From the IMG/VR virus record IMGVR_UViG_3300020045_002420, positions 1 through 33,945 of that record: 33,945 bases of DNA; one strand, given 5' to 3'. This DNA is from a virus (lineage: Duplodnaviria; Caudoviricetes). Numbering within the stretch: position 1 is the first letter of the stretch; each line of letters begins with the position of its first letter. The notes beneath the pieces are model-generated. The model made no database searches. It was not told the origin of the DNA and saw nothing but the letters and a program-made list of their open reading frames with translations. Positions 16,605 through 26,052 of the stretch are shown here, one piece after another. A program made the position numbers and the translations under genes.

Positions 16605-18749
16605 AATTTCACAAGATACGCCAAACTATACCGGCCTAACGAACCGCAGCCATTCAGCTTCCATGAGTTCATTGACGAACTGACGCAGCCTAATGACCTT
16701 ATACTCAAACTACGCAATGAAACAGACAAGGCAACAAAAGACACAATTAAAAAGGAGTTGCCAGGTTATGTTTTTGCGGGCGTATTTACTAACAGATCAG
16801 AACAAGGACTGCAAGAGCATTCAGGACTAGCTATTTTAGACTTTGACAAAATACCAACCGCCGCTGAATACAAACAGGCATTCAAAGACATTACCGCACT
16901 TCCATACATTGTGGCGGCATGGCGTTCCCCATCTGGTACAGGGTTCAAGGCATTGCTTAATATCCCACCGTCAACCGCAAAAGAACATACCCTACGCCTT
17001 AGAACATTTGCGGACCAATACGGTAACAAGTTCCTAGACCTTGACGCAGACGTTTGCCGTTTCTGCTTTGCATCATACGACCCGAAACCATACGTCAACG
17101 AATTTGCTGAACCGTTTAACCTTATTTTCACTGAAGAATATTTTGAACAGTCCACCGAATATTCAAACCAAGTAATCAACGCAATAAATGACGAGGACCG
17201 CGCAATACAAATACTATCTCGCTTTAGGCGTTCAACATCATTCACCGAAGGACAGCGGAATAAGTTCACTTTCAACATAGCATCGCAGTTTTGCGAATAC
17301 GGCGTAACAAAAGAAAAGTGTATTGAATACCTTACCCAAAACATTTGGGATGCTGGTTTTAAGTCTGAAGGCATAAAAGCCGTACAAAGCGCATACCGTT
17401 GCCGTAAATTCAACACTAAGCAGCTAGAGGATAGGACTGCAACACATTCATTTGAATATCCTTTTGACATTTTCCCTGAAGCCATACGTGATTCAATTAT
17501 GGAAGTTTCTAAGGAACTATCCCTAAATCCGATATTCCTTGCAACATCCGGACTTTGGACAATCAGTAGCTTAGCTGGCAATGCTTACGTTTCAGACTTC
17601 AACGGGCAAGGTAAAAACATTTTATTTTGTATGCTTATCGCCCCTGTTTCAGTAGGTAAAACACCCGCTTTTAAATCAATGTGCGAAGGTCCATTGTCTG
17701 ATTTACTTAAAACAGAGGATGCAGACTATAAAAAACGATTTGAAGCATGGTGTGCAAAGAAACTTGAATGCGCATCCACTAAACAACCTTTTCACGATAA
17801 AAGGCCAATTCGCTTTCATCCCTTTGCCGTGGATGGTACCACTGAGGGATACATTGCCCTTTGTCAAGATCAAACCGTGGGCATGGGCGTTTATCATGAT
17901 GAAGCAGAAACAATCCTAAACGCTGGCAGCTTTAAATCAAATAACGACAGTATCAGCTTTTTTACCCAAGCATTTAGTGGGGGGCGTTACACGCAAATCC
18001 GAGCGGACCGCGAGAAAGAGCGCGTAGTGGCAAATATGAATATAAACCTACTAATGGGTACTCAGCCATCCAGGTTAGCAAACATTTTTACGATGGATAA
18101 GATTGAATCCGGTTTTGCTTCACGTTTTCTTATGGTTGATAGTGACTACATTGAACTAAATACCGAATCAGATCCTTTCAGTAAAACGCGCTCAATGTGC
18201 CAACAATGGATTTCCTTAGTAACCAAACTATACCACATTAATAAAAACGCTTCTATTGAGGAGTTTGACCCTATAAAAATTGATATTACAGACGCAGCTA
18301 AGGAAAAGTACCGTAAATATCATAAGATGGGCTTAAGAGAAGCTAATGCACGAATAAACAACAAAATAGAAGGGTTTATAATTGGTACTGAAGCAAAAAT
18401 GTCTGCTTATTTCCCGCGCCTTACTCAGGTAATAGCAATACTTAATAATCCTATAAAGCCTGTTATTGATGAAAATATAGTAGAACTAGGATGGAAACTT
18501 TACCGATATTATGCAGAAAATACGGTGCGCATTATTAGCAGTCTTTACAATGAGGTTGAAACAGGACTACCGCCAGACCTTGAGATGCTTTGGGAACGGT
18601 TGCCTAATGAATTTACTTACAAAGAAGCCGAGGACCTATGTAAGCGTATAGGATTGAACGAAAAACGCTTCCGGCGATCACTACGGCGAAAGGATTTTGG
18701 CAAACTATTCAAGAAACAAGAACACGGAAAATACCTAAAAATACATTAG
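16602..18749 (+). CDS. Replication primase-helicase: BT4734/VirE-N domain, PriCT-like region, DUF3987 P-loop helicase
   Basis: IKKELPGYVFAGVF..HSGLAILDFD..RSPSGTGFK..DVCRFCFASYDP; EGQRN; APVSVGKT; HDEAE; GTQP; SGFASRFL. Confidence 0.85.
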   Translation: MNFTRYAKLYRPNEPQPFSFHEFIDELTQPNDLILKLRNETDKATKDTIKKELPGYVFAGVFTNRSEQGLQEHSGLAILDFDKIPTAAEYKQAFKDITALPYIVAAWRSPSGTGFKALLNIPPSTAKEHTLRLRTFADQYGNKFLDLDADVCRFCFASYDPKPYVNEFAEPFNLIFTEEYFEQSTEYSNQVINAINDEDRAIQILSRFRRSTSFTEGQRNKFTFNIASQFCEYGVTKEKCIEYLTQNIWDAGFKSEGIKAVQSAYRCRKFNTKQLEDRTATHSFEYPFDIFPEAIRDSIMEVSKELSLNPIFLATSGLWTISSLAGNAYVSDFNGQGKNILFCMLIAPVSVGKTPAFKSMCEGPLSDLLKTEDADYKKRFEAWCAKKLECASTKQPFHDKRPIRFHPFAVDGTTEGYIALCQDQTVGMGVYHDEAETILNAGSFKSNNDSISFFTQAFSGGRYTQIRADREKERVVANMNINLLMGTQPSRLANIFTMDKIESGFASRFLMVDSDYIELNTESDPFSKTRSMCQQWISLVTKLYHINKNASIEEFDPIKIDITDAAKEKYRKYHKMGLREANARINNKIEGFIIGTEAKMSAYFPRLTQVIAILNNPIKPVIDENIVELGWKLYRYYAENTVRIISSLYNEVETGLPPDLEMLWERLPNEFTYKEAEDLCKRIGLNEKRFRRSLRRKDFGKLFKKQEHGKYLKIH

Positions 18750-18772
18750 CCCCCTAAAAAGGGGCTTTTTTA
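18748..18772 (+). terminator. Rho-independent terminator ending the early region
   Basis: agcccc-ctaaaaa-ggggct followed by a T-run. Confidence 0.8.
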
Positions 18773-18775
18773 TTG

Positions 18776-18995
18776 CCCATAATTCGCAATAGTTCGCATA
18801 AAGTTCGCATTGAAACCCAATGGTAGCGCGGATAGTTCCCATAGTTGCGAATTTTCTAGTATTATAAAAGATATACTACTACTATATAGAGAAAGAGAGA
18901 GAGTATCAAAAATGCGAACTATGCGAACTATCCAATTGTAGTAAGGCTTTCGCTCGTGTTTTGATGGGAACTTTGAGGGAATTATGGGAATTATG
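18776..18995. repeat. Probable replication origin: iterated AGTTC(G/C)CAT units in a large imperfect inverted repeat around an AT/GA-rich core
   Basis: Left arm aattcgcaat/agttcgcata/aagttcgcat/atagttcccat; right arm atgcgaact x2, atgggaact, atgggaatt; directly after the primase-helicase. Confidence 0.7.
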
Positions 18996-19024
18996 ACGTA
19001 ATTTTGGAATTGAAAATAAATACT

Positions 19025-19032
19025 TAACTTAG
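19025..19032 (+). promoter_or_regulatory. Late promoter -7 TAACTTAG; predicted leaderless terS mRNA
   Basis: TAACTTAG-CACC-ATG(19037). Confidence 0.6.
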
Positions 19033-19036
19033 CACC

Positions 19037-19528
19037 ATGCCAGCAGGAAGACCAAGAATATTTAACAATGAACTTGAACTAGCAAAAGCATTCGAGGAAT
19101 ACAAAGAATCTTTGGCTATTGAAGCTGAAAAATGGCTCAAAGTTCAATACGTTGGAAAAGACGGCCAACGCATGACCGATGCCCAAAAAGTACCCATGAC
19201 TTTGGAAGGGTTCTATATTTACTGCCGCAAACATTACGGAGATATAAAGGCGTATTTTATCAATGCGGATGACGTGTACAAAGATTTTTCAACTATCTGT
19301 TCGCACATAAAGGATGAAATACGCAACGATCAGATTACGGGCGGTTTGCTAGGGTTCTACAATCCAAGCATTACCCAGCGCCTAAACAACCTGAAAGAAG
19401 CTACCGTTAACGAGCATACAGGCGCAGACGGCGGCCCGATACAACACGCTTACGATTTATCCAAAGTATCTGACGGCGCACTAAAAGAACTACTCAATGC
19501 TGCAACTGCCGCCAATAAACCAGATTAG
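19037..19528 (+). CDS. terS: Terminase small subunit (P22 gp3-like DNA-packaging protein)
   Basis: AGRPRIF..PMTLEGF..IRNDQITGGLLGFYNPSITQRL..EHTGADGGPI; upstream of terL. Confidence 0.85.
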   Translation: MPAGRPRIFNNELELAKAFEEYKESLAIEAEKWLKVQYVGKDGQRMTDAQKVPMTLEGFYIYCRKHYGDIKAYFINADDVYKDFSTICSHIKDEIRNDQITGGLLGFYNPSITQRLNNLKEATVNEHTGADGGPIQHAYDLSKVSDGALKELLNAATAANKPD

Positions 19529-20918
19529 GGCTGAATTGTGCAAACGGTCATTCTATGAGTTTGTCCAATACTTTTGGGACACAATCATAGCCGAGCAACC
19601 TATATGGAACTGGCACATAAAATACCTCTGTGATGAACTGCAACAGGTAGGAACCAAAGTAGCTAACAGGGAGCAAAAGGACTACGATTATATCATTATC
19701 AACGTTCCACCTGGTTCATCCAAGTCAACAATTATATCTGAAATGTACCCGCTTTGGTGCTGGACTATTGACCCAACGCAAAGATTTATTTGCGGTTCCT
19801 ATGCAAGCACACCCGCCGAGGATATTAGTGAAAAATGCTACAATATCTACAAATCGGATAAGTTCATGCAACTTTTCCCTGAATTGGTAAAAAAGTCAAC
19901 AGGCGGTAAAACAGGCTTTACAAATGGACTCCTAGGGGAAAGGTACACAACTTCAACAGGCAGTGGAATTACAGGTATACACGCCCACCAAATTATATTG
20001 GACGATCCAATGAGCCCGGCGGTTAGTGCTTCACTTGTGGAGCGAACCGTGGCAAACAAATGGGTATCTGAAACAATATCTAGCCGTAAGGTTTCAAACG
20101 ACATAAGCGTTGTTATTATCGTAATGCAGCGATTGCATGAACTAGACACAACAGGCTATTTGCTATCAAAGAAAGACCTTAAAATAAAGCATATTTGCAT
20201 ACCCGCCGAGGTTTCAAAGGATATTAACCCCCCTGAATTGGCGAAGTATTACACTGATGGTTTATTTGACCCGATAAGGCGCAACCGTGAAAGCCTTAAC
20301 ACCACCAAAACAGATTTGGGTAGTTATGGGTATGCTGGTCAAATGATGCAGCGGCCTGCACCTTTAGAGGGTGGAATGATTAAAAAGAATTGGTTTCCAA
20401 TTATTGAACGTGCCGAGGTACCGCCGGGCGTTGTTAACTTTTACTTAGACCCAGCTTATACGGCAAAGCAAACCAATGACCCAACAGGAGCACAGGCTTA
20501 CATTGCTGCAAATGGGAATTTGTACATACTTTTTTCCACAAGTGTATGGAAGGAATTTCCAGACCTTTGCGCATGGCTGCCTGAATGGGTAAAGCAGTGG
20601 GGTTATACAAACCAATCTAGGATAAGGATTGAACCGAAAGCAAGCGGCAAAAGTATTGTACAACAGATAAAAAGTACAACAGGATTAAACGTTATTGAGG
20701 ATCAAGCCCCAAAGGATGACAAGGTAACGAGGGTTAACAGTGCTTCGCCAAAGATGGAAGCGGGGCGGGTGTTCTTGGTGCGCGGTTCATGGAATGAAGC
20801 CTACTTAAACCAAATGGCATCATTCCCTAACGGGGTGCATGATGACGAGGTGGATTGTACAACGGCGGCCATTGAGAACGAATTGAATAAGCCGAAATTC
20901 GTTGTATCGGTTTTTTAG
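19497..20918 (+). CDS. terL: Terminase large subunit
   Basis: Walker A VPPGSSKST, Walker B IILDDP, MQRLH, nuclease LDPAY, IEPKASG, FPNGVHDDEVD. Confidence 0.95.
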   Translation: MLQLPPINQIRAELCKRSFYEFVQYFWDTIIAEQPIWNWHIKYLCDELQQVGTKVANREQKDYDYIIINVPPGSSKSTIISEMYPLWCWTIDPTQRFICGSYASTPAEDISEKCYNIYKSDKFMQLFPELVKKSTGGKTGFTNGLLGERYTTSTGSGITGIHAHQIILDDPMSPAVSASLVERTVANKWVSETISSRKVSNDISVVIIVMQRLHELDTTGYLLSKKDLKIKHICIPAEVSKDINPPELAKYYTDGLFDPIRRNRESLNTTKTDLGSYGYAGQMMQRPAPLEGGMIKKNWFPIIERAEVPPGVVNFYLDPAYTAKQTNDPTGAQAYIAANGNLYILFSTSVWKEFPDLCAWLPEWVKQWGYTNQSRIRIEPKASGKSIVQQIKSTTGLNVIEDQAPKDDKVTRVNSASPKMEAGRVFLVRGSWNEAYLNQMASFPNGVHDDEVDCTTAAIENELNKPKFVVSVF

Positions 20919-20920
20919 TT

Positions 20921-20934
20921 TAATTTAGCACAAA
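20921..20934 (+). promoter_or_regulatory. Late promoter TAATTTAGCACAAA before portal
   Basis: Identical 14-mer at 28788 and 29896. Confidence 0.65.
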
Positions 20935-20942
20935 CTTATAAC

Positions 20943-22295
20943 ATGGCATCATTGTTAGACCGCTTACGCGCTTTTATCAACCCTACCGGCAACATGGCCG
21001 CTCAATTTGCAATCAATAGAGGCATAGCTACCTGGCAGGGTCAAGATAGTAACTCATTCGTAAAAGACGGATATTCGGCAAACGATATAGTCTATTCTGT
21101 TTGCCATTTAATTACTGACCGCGCTAAGGTTGCGCCGTGGGCTGTTTACAAAGAGAAAAACAAAGCTAAGGCCAAACAATACAAGGCACTCATGAAGTCC
21201 CCCGACAAGATTGAGGACTGGCACTCAATTGAGCAGTTGAAGAATGAAGCCTATGAGGTTTACGAGGGGGATGCTAGGTTAAATGAACTACTAACCTACC
21301 CGAATGAAGAGGACACATGGGCCGACTTGATTGAAGCATGGTTAACGTTCAAGCTAGTTTGCGGTAATGCATTCATATACGGAAAACGTATCGAAGCGGG
21401 TGCAAACGAGGGTAAGCCCTTGACACTAACTGCACTACCTAGCCAATTTATGAGTATCTACGCCGACATTCAGGCGTTTCCAGCCGTTAAGACAGGTTAT
21501 CAACTTTACATAGGCCGTTTGGTTGAATTTACTTTGGCCGAGGTGTTGCAAGATAAATACGTGAACCTGCAATGGGATGCAGTAGGTGGTGAGTTGTACG
21601 GGATGAGTCCACTCAAGGCGGCGGCCAAGAACCTTACGCGCTCAAATGAAGCTAAGACGGCGGCAGTTGCTCAGTTCCAGAACGGCGGCCCTGATGTTGT
21701 GATGTATATGGATGATCATAGGTTTGACCCTGTTAACGGTTCGGATCAAGTAGAAGCCATGAAGAAAAAACTAGCTGAAAATGCGGGAGCAAAGAACAAG
21801 GGCAAAGTAATAAATTCAGGATGGAAAGTAGGCGTACACAAGATAGGACTAAGCCCGGTGGACTTGAATATCATTGAGAGTGAGAAATGGGACATGAGGG
21901 CCATTGCCAATATCTACGGCGTACCTAGCCAACTGCTCAATGATGCGGAGGGTAAGACCTACAACAACGTGAGAGAGGCGCAAAAAGAGTTGATTGTTCG
22001 CGCCGTGCTGCCATTGTTGGTAGCTGCAAGGGATAACTTCAACAGGATGCTGCACACCCATTGGGGGTACAAAGGGACGGGCATAATGGTTGACTTTAGT
22101 TTGGATGCTTACCCTGAATTGGTGGCAGACCGCAAAGACCAAGTGGAATATCTTAATACGGCGTGGTGGCTTAGTCCCCAACAAAAGAATGACATTTTGG
22201 GAATTAGAACACCTGACTACATTGATTCTGCTGATATGCAGCGTTTATACATTCCAAACAATATTGCACCAATTGACGATTTCCCGCAGCTATGA
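20943..22295 (+). CDS. Portal protein (HK97-like)
   Basis: LNELLTYPN..GNAFIY..YGMSPL..LSPVDLNIIE..IANIYGVPSQLL..TYNNV. Confidence 0.92.
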   Translation: MASLLDRLRAFINPTGNMAAQFAINRGIATWQGQDSNSFVKDGYSANDIVYSVCHLITDRAKVAPWAVYKEKNKAKAKQYKALMKSPDKIEDWHSIEQLKNEAYEVYEGDARLNELLTYPNEEDTWADLIEAWLTFKLVCGNAFIYGKRIEAGANEGKPLTLTALPSQFMSIYADIQAFPAVKTGYQLYIGRLVEFTLAEVLQDKYVNLQWDAVGGELYGMSPLKAAAKNLTRSNEAKTAAVAQFQNGGPDVVMYMDDHRFDPVNGSDQVEAMKKKLAENAGAKNKGKVINSGWKVGVHKIGLSPVDLNIIESEKWDMRAIANIYGVPSQLLNDAEGKTYNNVREAQKELIVRAVLPLLVAARDNFNRMLHTHWGYKGTGIMVDFSLDAYPELVADRKDQVEYLNTAWWLSPQQKNDILGIRTPDYIDSADMQRLYIPNNIAPIDDFPQL

Positions 22296-23131
22296 GTTAC
22301 CGCCAAACATACAACGCCGCCCGCAAACATTACGCACCTATCTTTGAACAGATAATCCGTGAACAGTTTGAAGCATTGCTATTGGGCAATGAGCCTGACA
22401 TGGTAAAGCTGCAAGCGGCCTTGACTAGCATACATACTACGTTAGGGGTACGGATGGCAAAGCGCACCAAAGAGCAAGTATTGAAGCGGGCGCAAAAGAT
22501 GACAGACGCGAGCCGCTATGAATTAGTTGTGTTGCAGTACCTTGAACGTATGGGCTTAAGCCAATTGGCCGCCGATATTACAGACACAACCCGCGAACAG
22601 TTGCGGGCCATTCTTCTACAACAGGCAGAAAACAACCTTACCACTTCACAGGTAATGACATTGATTGAAGCGCGAGGATTACCACGTTGGAGGGGTGAAC
22701 TGATTGCCCGTACTGAAACTAGTCACGCAGCCAATGTTGGGTCAATGGTAGGTGCATTGGACACAGGGTTGAAGTGCCGTAAAGAATGGCAATCGGCACA
22801 GGACAACCGTACCAGACGGGAACCGCGCGATACAACAGACCACCTACACATGAACGGCGTAACGGCTGAAATGGATGAGAATTTCCAAGTGCCATCTAAA
22901 ATGGGTAGTGACGCAATGTTGCACCCAGGTCAACCAGGCGCGCCGGCCGCTCAGGTTTGTAATTGCCGATGCAATGTAGCTTTCATCCCACAACGAGATG
23001 CCAATGGACGCTTGATTAAACTAGCTGACCAACCGCCGCTGAATGGCAATGTGGCTTTCATCTACCAAGCATTGAATAACGTTACACTGTTGCAGATACA
23101 ACAGGCGGTTGGGGCGTTATTATCCCAATAG
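22292..23131 (+). CDS. Minor head protein (MuF/SPP1 gp7 family)
   Basis: IARTETSHA..KEWQSAQDNRTR..H..HPG..CNCRC. Confidence 0.88.
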   Translation: MSYRQTYNAARKHYAPIFEQIIREQFEALLLGNEPDMVKLQAALTSIHTTLGVRMAKRTKEQVLKRAQKMTDASRYELVVLQYLERMGLSQLAADITDTTREQLRAILLQQAENNLTTSQVMTLIEARGLPRWRGELIARTETSHAANVGSMVGALDTGLKCRKEWQSAQDNRTRREPRDTTDHLHMNGVTAEMDENFQVPSKMGSDAMLHPGQPGAPAAQVCNCRCNVAFIPQRDANGRLIKLADQPPLNGNVAFIYQALNNVTLLQIQQAVGALLSQ

Positions 23132-23209
23132 CACCATAAGCGCAATAAAGCCTAAAACTAGGGTAGTAAGTACGGTGTAGTCTGTTTTGTTGAGGTGGTA
23201 ATTGTTCAT
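23120..23209 (-). CDS. 29-aa TM peptide (moron gene 2)
   Basis: AAACACTATG start on the minus strand; MNNYHLNKTDYTVLTTLVLGFIALMVLLG. Confidence 0.55.
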   Translation of the reverse strand: MNNYHLNKTDYTVLTTLVLGFIALMVLLG

Positions 23210-23219
23210 AGTGTTTTGT

Positions 23220-23501
23220 TTATTGCCAGTTATCAATAGATGTACATAAGTTAGGACTTGCAATATCTTTTGAATTATAATTTGTGTAGATAGTACCAAT
23301 TGGGCAAAGTGCACTAGGCTTTACTACCCACCCGTTGAATGTATATACTACAGGGCCATTAATTTTTGGATGGTATTTACTTTGCTCATCAAATACTATT
23401 GCAATATCAATTGGGTTCATTACAATATGATGCTCTATTTTAGTAAATCTGTTTAGTTCTGCGTATTCAATTATTTTATTTAATGCTTTTGTGTAGTTCA
23501 T
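23220..23501 (-). CDS. Hypothetical moron protein
   Basis: AAACACTATG start and own promoter on the minus strand. Confidence 0.7.
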   Translation of the reverse strand: MNYTKALNKIIEYAELNRFTKIEHHIVMNPIDIAIVFDEQSKYHPKINGPVVYTFNGWVVKPSALCPIGTIYTNYNSKDIASPNLCTSIDNWQ

Positions 23502-23521
23502 AGTGTTTGCGTTTTAGGCGG

Positions 23522-23590
23522 CTAACTTACAACACCCATCCCAACCAATAAAAAATATTTTTGCAACATTGTTGCAATTTCATAACTTTG
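23522..23590. promoter_or_regulatory. Divergent promoters sharing palindrome TGCAACATTGTTGCA
   Basis: Palindrome 23562-23576; minus-strand -7 TAAGTTAG (23529-23522) lies 32 nt away, as in the early promoters; plus-strand TAACTTTG 23583-23590 precedes ATG 23596. Confidence 0.65.
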
Positions 23591-23595
23591 GGAAC

Positions 23596-24126
23596 ATGAA
23601 CGGATGGAACGACATACCAGATTATGAAGGACTTTACCAAATTAGTATTTATGGTGAAGTTAGGTCTTTAGACAAAAAAGTCGAAGGCCGAAAAGGAATA
23701 ATCAAAGGTAAGTTAATGAAGCAAGGGGACAATGGGCGCGGGTATAAAAATATCATGTTAGTAAATGAACAAGGTAGAAAATTGCATTACGTTCATAGAT
23801 TAATGGCATTAACATTTTTGCAGCCGATTGATAACAAGGAATTTGTCAATCATATTGATGGCAATAAGTCAAACAATAATATTTCTAATCTAGAGTGGTG
23901 CGATAGAAGCGAAAACATGCTACACGCAAATAGTATCGGTCTTTGTCCACAATACGATAGAAGCGGTAATAAAAACCCCGCAACTAAAATAGTACTAGAT
24001 ATTGCTACGGGCGTTTATTATGATACTATGAAAGAAGCTGCTAATTTATACGGAATATCAGTAGGTTTTTTATCTGGTATGCTTAACAATAGGATTAAAA
24101 ACAAAACAAACCTAAGATATGTCTAA
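23596..24126 (+). CDS. NUMOD4-HNH homing endonuclease (free-standing)
   Basis: WNDIPDYEGLYQISIYGEVRSL; YVHRLMALTF..VNHIDGNKSNNNISNLEWC. Confidence 0.92.
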   Translation: MNGWNDIPDYEGLYQISIYGEVRSLDKKVEGRKGIIKGKLMKQGDNGRGYKNIMLVNEQGRKLHYVHRLMALTFLQPIDNKEFVNHIDGNKSNNNISNLEWCDRSENMLHANSIGLCPQYDRSGNKNPATKIVLDIATGVYYDTMKEAANLYGISVGFLSGMLNNRIKNKTNLRYV

Positions 24127-24817
24127 CATTCAGTTAAAGGATATTTCTGGCTCTGTTTCTGATATTGACGAACAAGCAAGAACAGTCAAAGCGGTTTGGG
24201 CGCATTTTGGGAATGTTGACCATGACGGCGATATAATTATCCCTGAAGCAGTTGTTAAGACTATTCGCGAGCGTGGGCCTTTAGGTAGTAAAAGTATTTG
24301 GTCTTTGACGGATCATAACGCTTGTTTAAAGTCTGCCATCGGTAAGCCTAAAGAGTTGTACGTTGAAGGCAACAACCTTATTGCTATAACTGAAATAGTA
24401 GATACTGAATGGGGCGAAGATGTGATAAAAATGTATCAATCTGGCATTATTCAAAGCCATTCAATTGGTTTCTCTACAATTAAAGCAGACTGGCAGGATA
24501 ATTCACAACAGGTAAGAATTATAAAAGAGTTGAAGTTATATGAAGGTTCAGCCGTTCTTTGGCCTGCAAACGATATGACACCTACATTGGGAGTTTATAA
24601 AGGGGCAATGACAAAAGAAAGTGCAAGCGAAAGATTGACACTTCTTTTAAAGGAAATAAAAACAGGAAGTTATTCCGATAGCACATTCGAGTTATTGGAA
24701 CTACAAATAAAGCAAATCCAATCGTTACTTACCACTCAAGCCGCGCAAGCACTCGAGCCGGATTATACGAAGCAGATAAGCGAGGAACTATTAAAATTAC
24801 ACCTTAAACTTATTTAA
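24119..24817 (+). CDS. HK97-family prohead protease
   Basis: FGNVDHDGDII..DHN..IGK..HSIGF..IKELKLYEGSAVLWPAN. Confidence 0.92.
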   Translation: MSNIQLKDISGSVSDIDEQARTVKAVWAHFGNVDHDGDIIIPEAVVKTIRERGPLGSKSIWSLTDHNACLKSAIGKPKELYVEGNNLIAITEIVDTEWGEDVIKMYQSGIIQSHSIGFSTIKADWQDNSQQVRIIKELKLYEGSAVLWPANDMTPTLGVYKGAMTKESASERLTLLLKEIKTGSYSDSTFELLELQIKQIQSLLTTQAAQALEPDYTKQISEELLKLHLKLI

Positions 24818-24819
24818 AA

Positions 24820-26031
24820 ATGAGCCAAGAAATTTTGGACAGCGTTAAATCATTAGGCGCATCCATCGACACCGCAAAAGCAGAAGCTATCAAAGCTGGT
24901 AGCAATGCAACAGAAGCCATTAAATTGGCAAACGAATTAAAGAGCAAAGTTGACGGGTTGACTTTCTCTACCCCTGAAGATGTAAAAGCTGCAAAAGATG
25001 AAATGCAAGCGCAGTTTGACAAATTCGTAACAGAGGGCAAAAAAACAACCAATGTAACTAAAGGCTTCAAAACCGAATTAGCCGAAAACATGAAGCAAGC
25101 CTCAGACGGTTTTGCTAAGATGGCTAAAGAAGGTAAAGGCAGCCGCGTTGACTTTGAACTAAAGGCCGTAGGTGATATGACCTTTGCAAACAACTTCAGC
25201 ACCGCCGATACTAGCGTTACTTTTGTACGTCCTGGTATTATCGAATTGCCTAAGCGCAAGTTGCACCTTAGGGAGTTATTGGTAAGTGGTGGAATGGGAG
25301 CCAAATCTAACTTTGACTACGTTAAAGAGATTGCAGGCGAGGGTTCAATTGCTCCAGCAGCCGAAGGTGCTACCAAAGCACAAATTGACCTTGATTTGCA
25401 AGAATCTAGCGTTAAAGCAGAATGGATTGCCGGCTTCTTGCGTATTTCTAGGAATATGCTTGATGACGTTGAAGGTATGACTACTTTCTTAGGTAGCCGT
25501 TTGCCTGAATTGCTTTTACGTGCTGAAGACACTCAAATTTTGAGCGGTAACGGTACAAGCCCGCAATTATCAGGTATTACCAATACAGGTAACTTTACCG
25601 CGTTTGGTGGTGCTGCAACAATTGACGTTGAGCAATTGGTTCAAGCGATTAGCCAATTGGAGGGTTATGATAGAGAAGCTACAGGCATCTTGATTAACCC
25701 ATCCGATTATTACAACATCATGTTAACTAAGGCTAGCGGATCAGGCGAGTATGACTTCCCATCTTTGGTGAAGATTGAGAACGGTGCAATGTATATTGCG
25801 GGTGTTCCAGTGTTCAAGTCTACTGCAATGACCGTTGACAAGTTCTTGGTGGGTGATTGGGCAATGGGTGCAAACCTTATCTTCCGTGAGCCTGCTAAAT
25901 TGCAGTTCTTCTTTGAAGATGGTACTAACGTTCGTGAGAACAAAGTGACCGTAAGAATTGAAGAGAGAGTAGCGTTACCTATCTACGGTGACAACTACTT
26001 CGTGTACGGTGATTTTGGAAACGTAGCATAG
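24820..26031 (+). CDS. Major capsid protein (HK97 fold)
   Basis: N-terminal coiled delta-like domain; AEGATK, ISRNMLDD, EDTQILSGNG, FLVGDW, ENKVTVRIEERVAL. Confidence 0.95.
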   Translation: MSQEILDSVKSLGASIDTAKAEAIKAGSNATEAIKLANELKSKVDGLTFSTPEDVKAAKDEMQAQFDKFVTEGKKTTNVTKGFKTELAENMKQASDGFAKMAKEGKGSRVDFELKAVGDMTFANNFSTADTSVTFVRPGIIELPKRKLHLRELLVSGGMGAKSNFDYVKEIAGEGSIAPAAEGATKAQIDLDLQESSVKAEWIAGFLRISRNMLDDVEGMTTFLGSRLPELLLRAEDTQILSGNGTSPQLSGITNTGNFTAFGGAATIDVEQLVQAISQLEGYDREATGILINPSDYYNIMLTKASGSGEYDFPSLVKIENGAMYIAGVPVFKSTAMTVDKFLVGDWAMGANLIFREPAKLQFFFEDGTNVRENKVTVRIEERVALPIYGDNYFVYGDFGNVA

Positions 26032-26052
26032 TGTTTAGTTTAATAATACTTG

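Noticed and set aside
16766-17581. 271-aa minus-strand ORF and other antisense ORFs in the track (e.g. 24810-25304, 30218-30619, 33593-33931)
   Set aside because: They are shadows of well-supported plus-strand genes, with no start motif, promoter or recognisable domain
18776-18995. Short repeats as a mini-CRISPR array
   Set aside because: Units are 9-10 bp, inverted and lack unique spacers; no cas genes are present
962-24126. HNH genes as group I intron ORFs
   Set aside because: Flanking genes are intact and abut the HNH ORFs, leaving no room for intron cores
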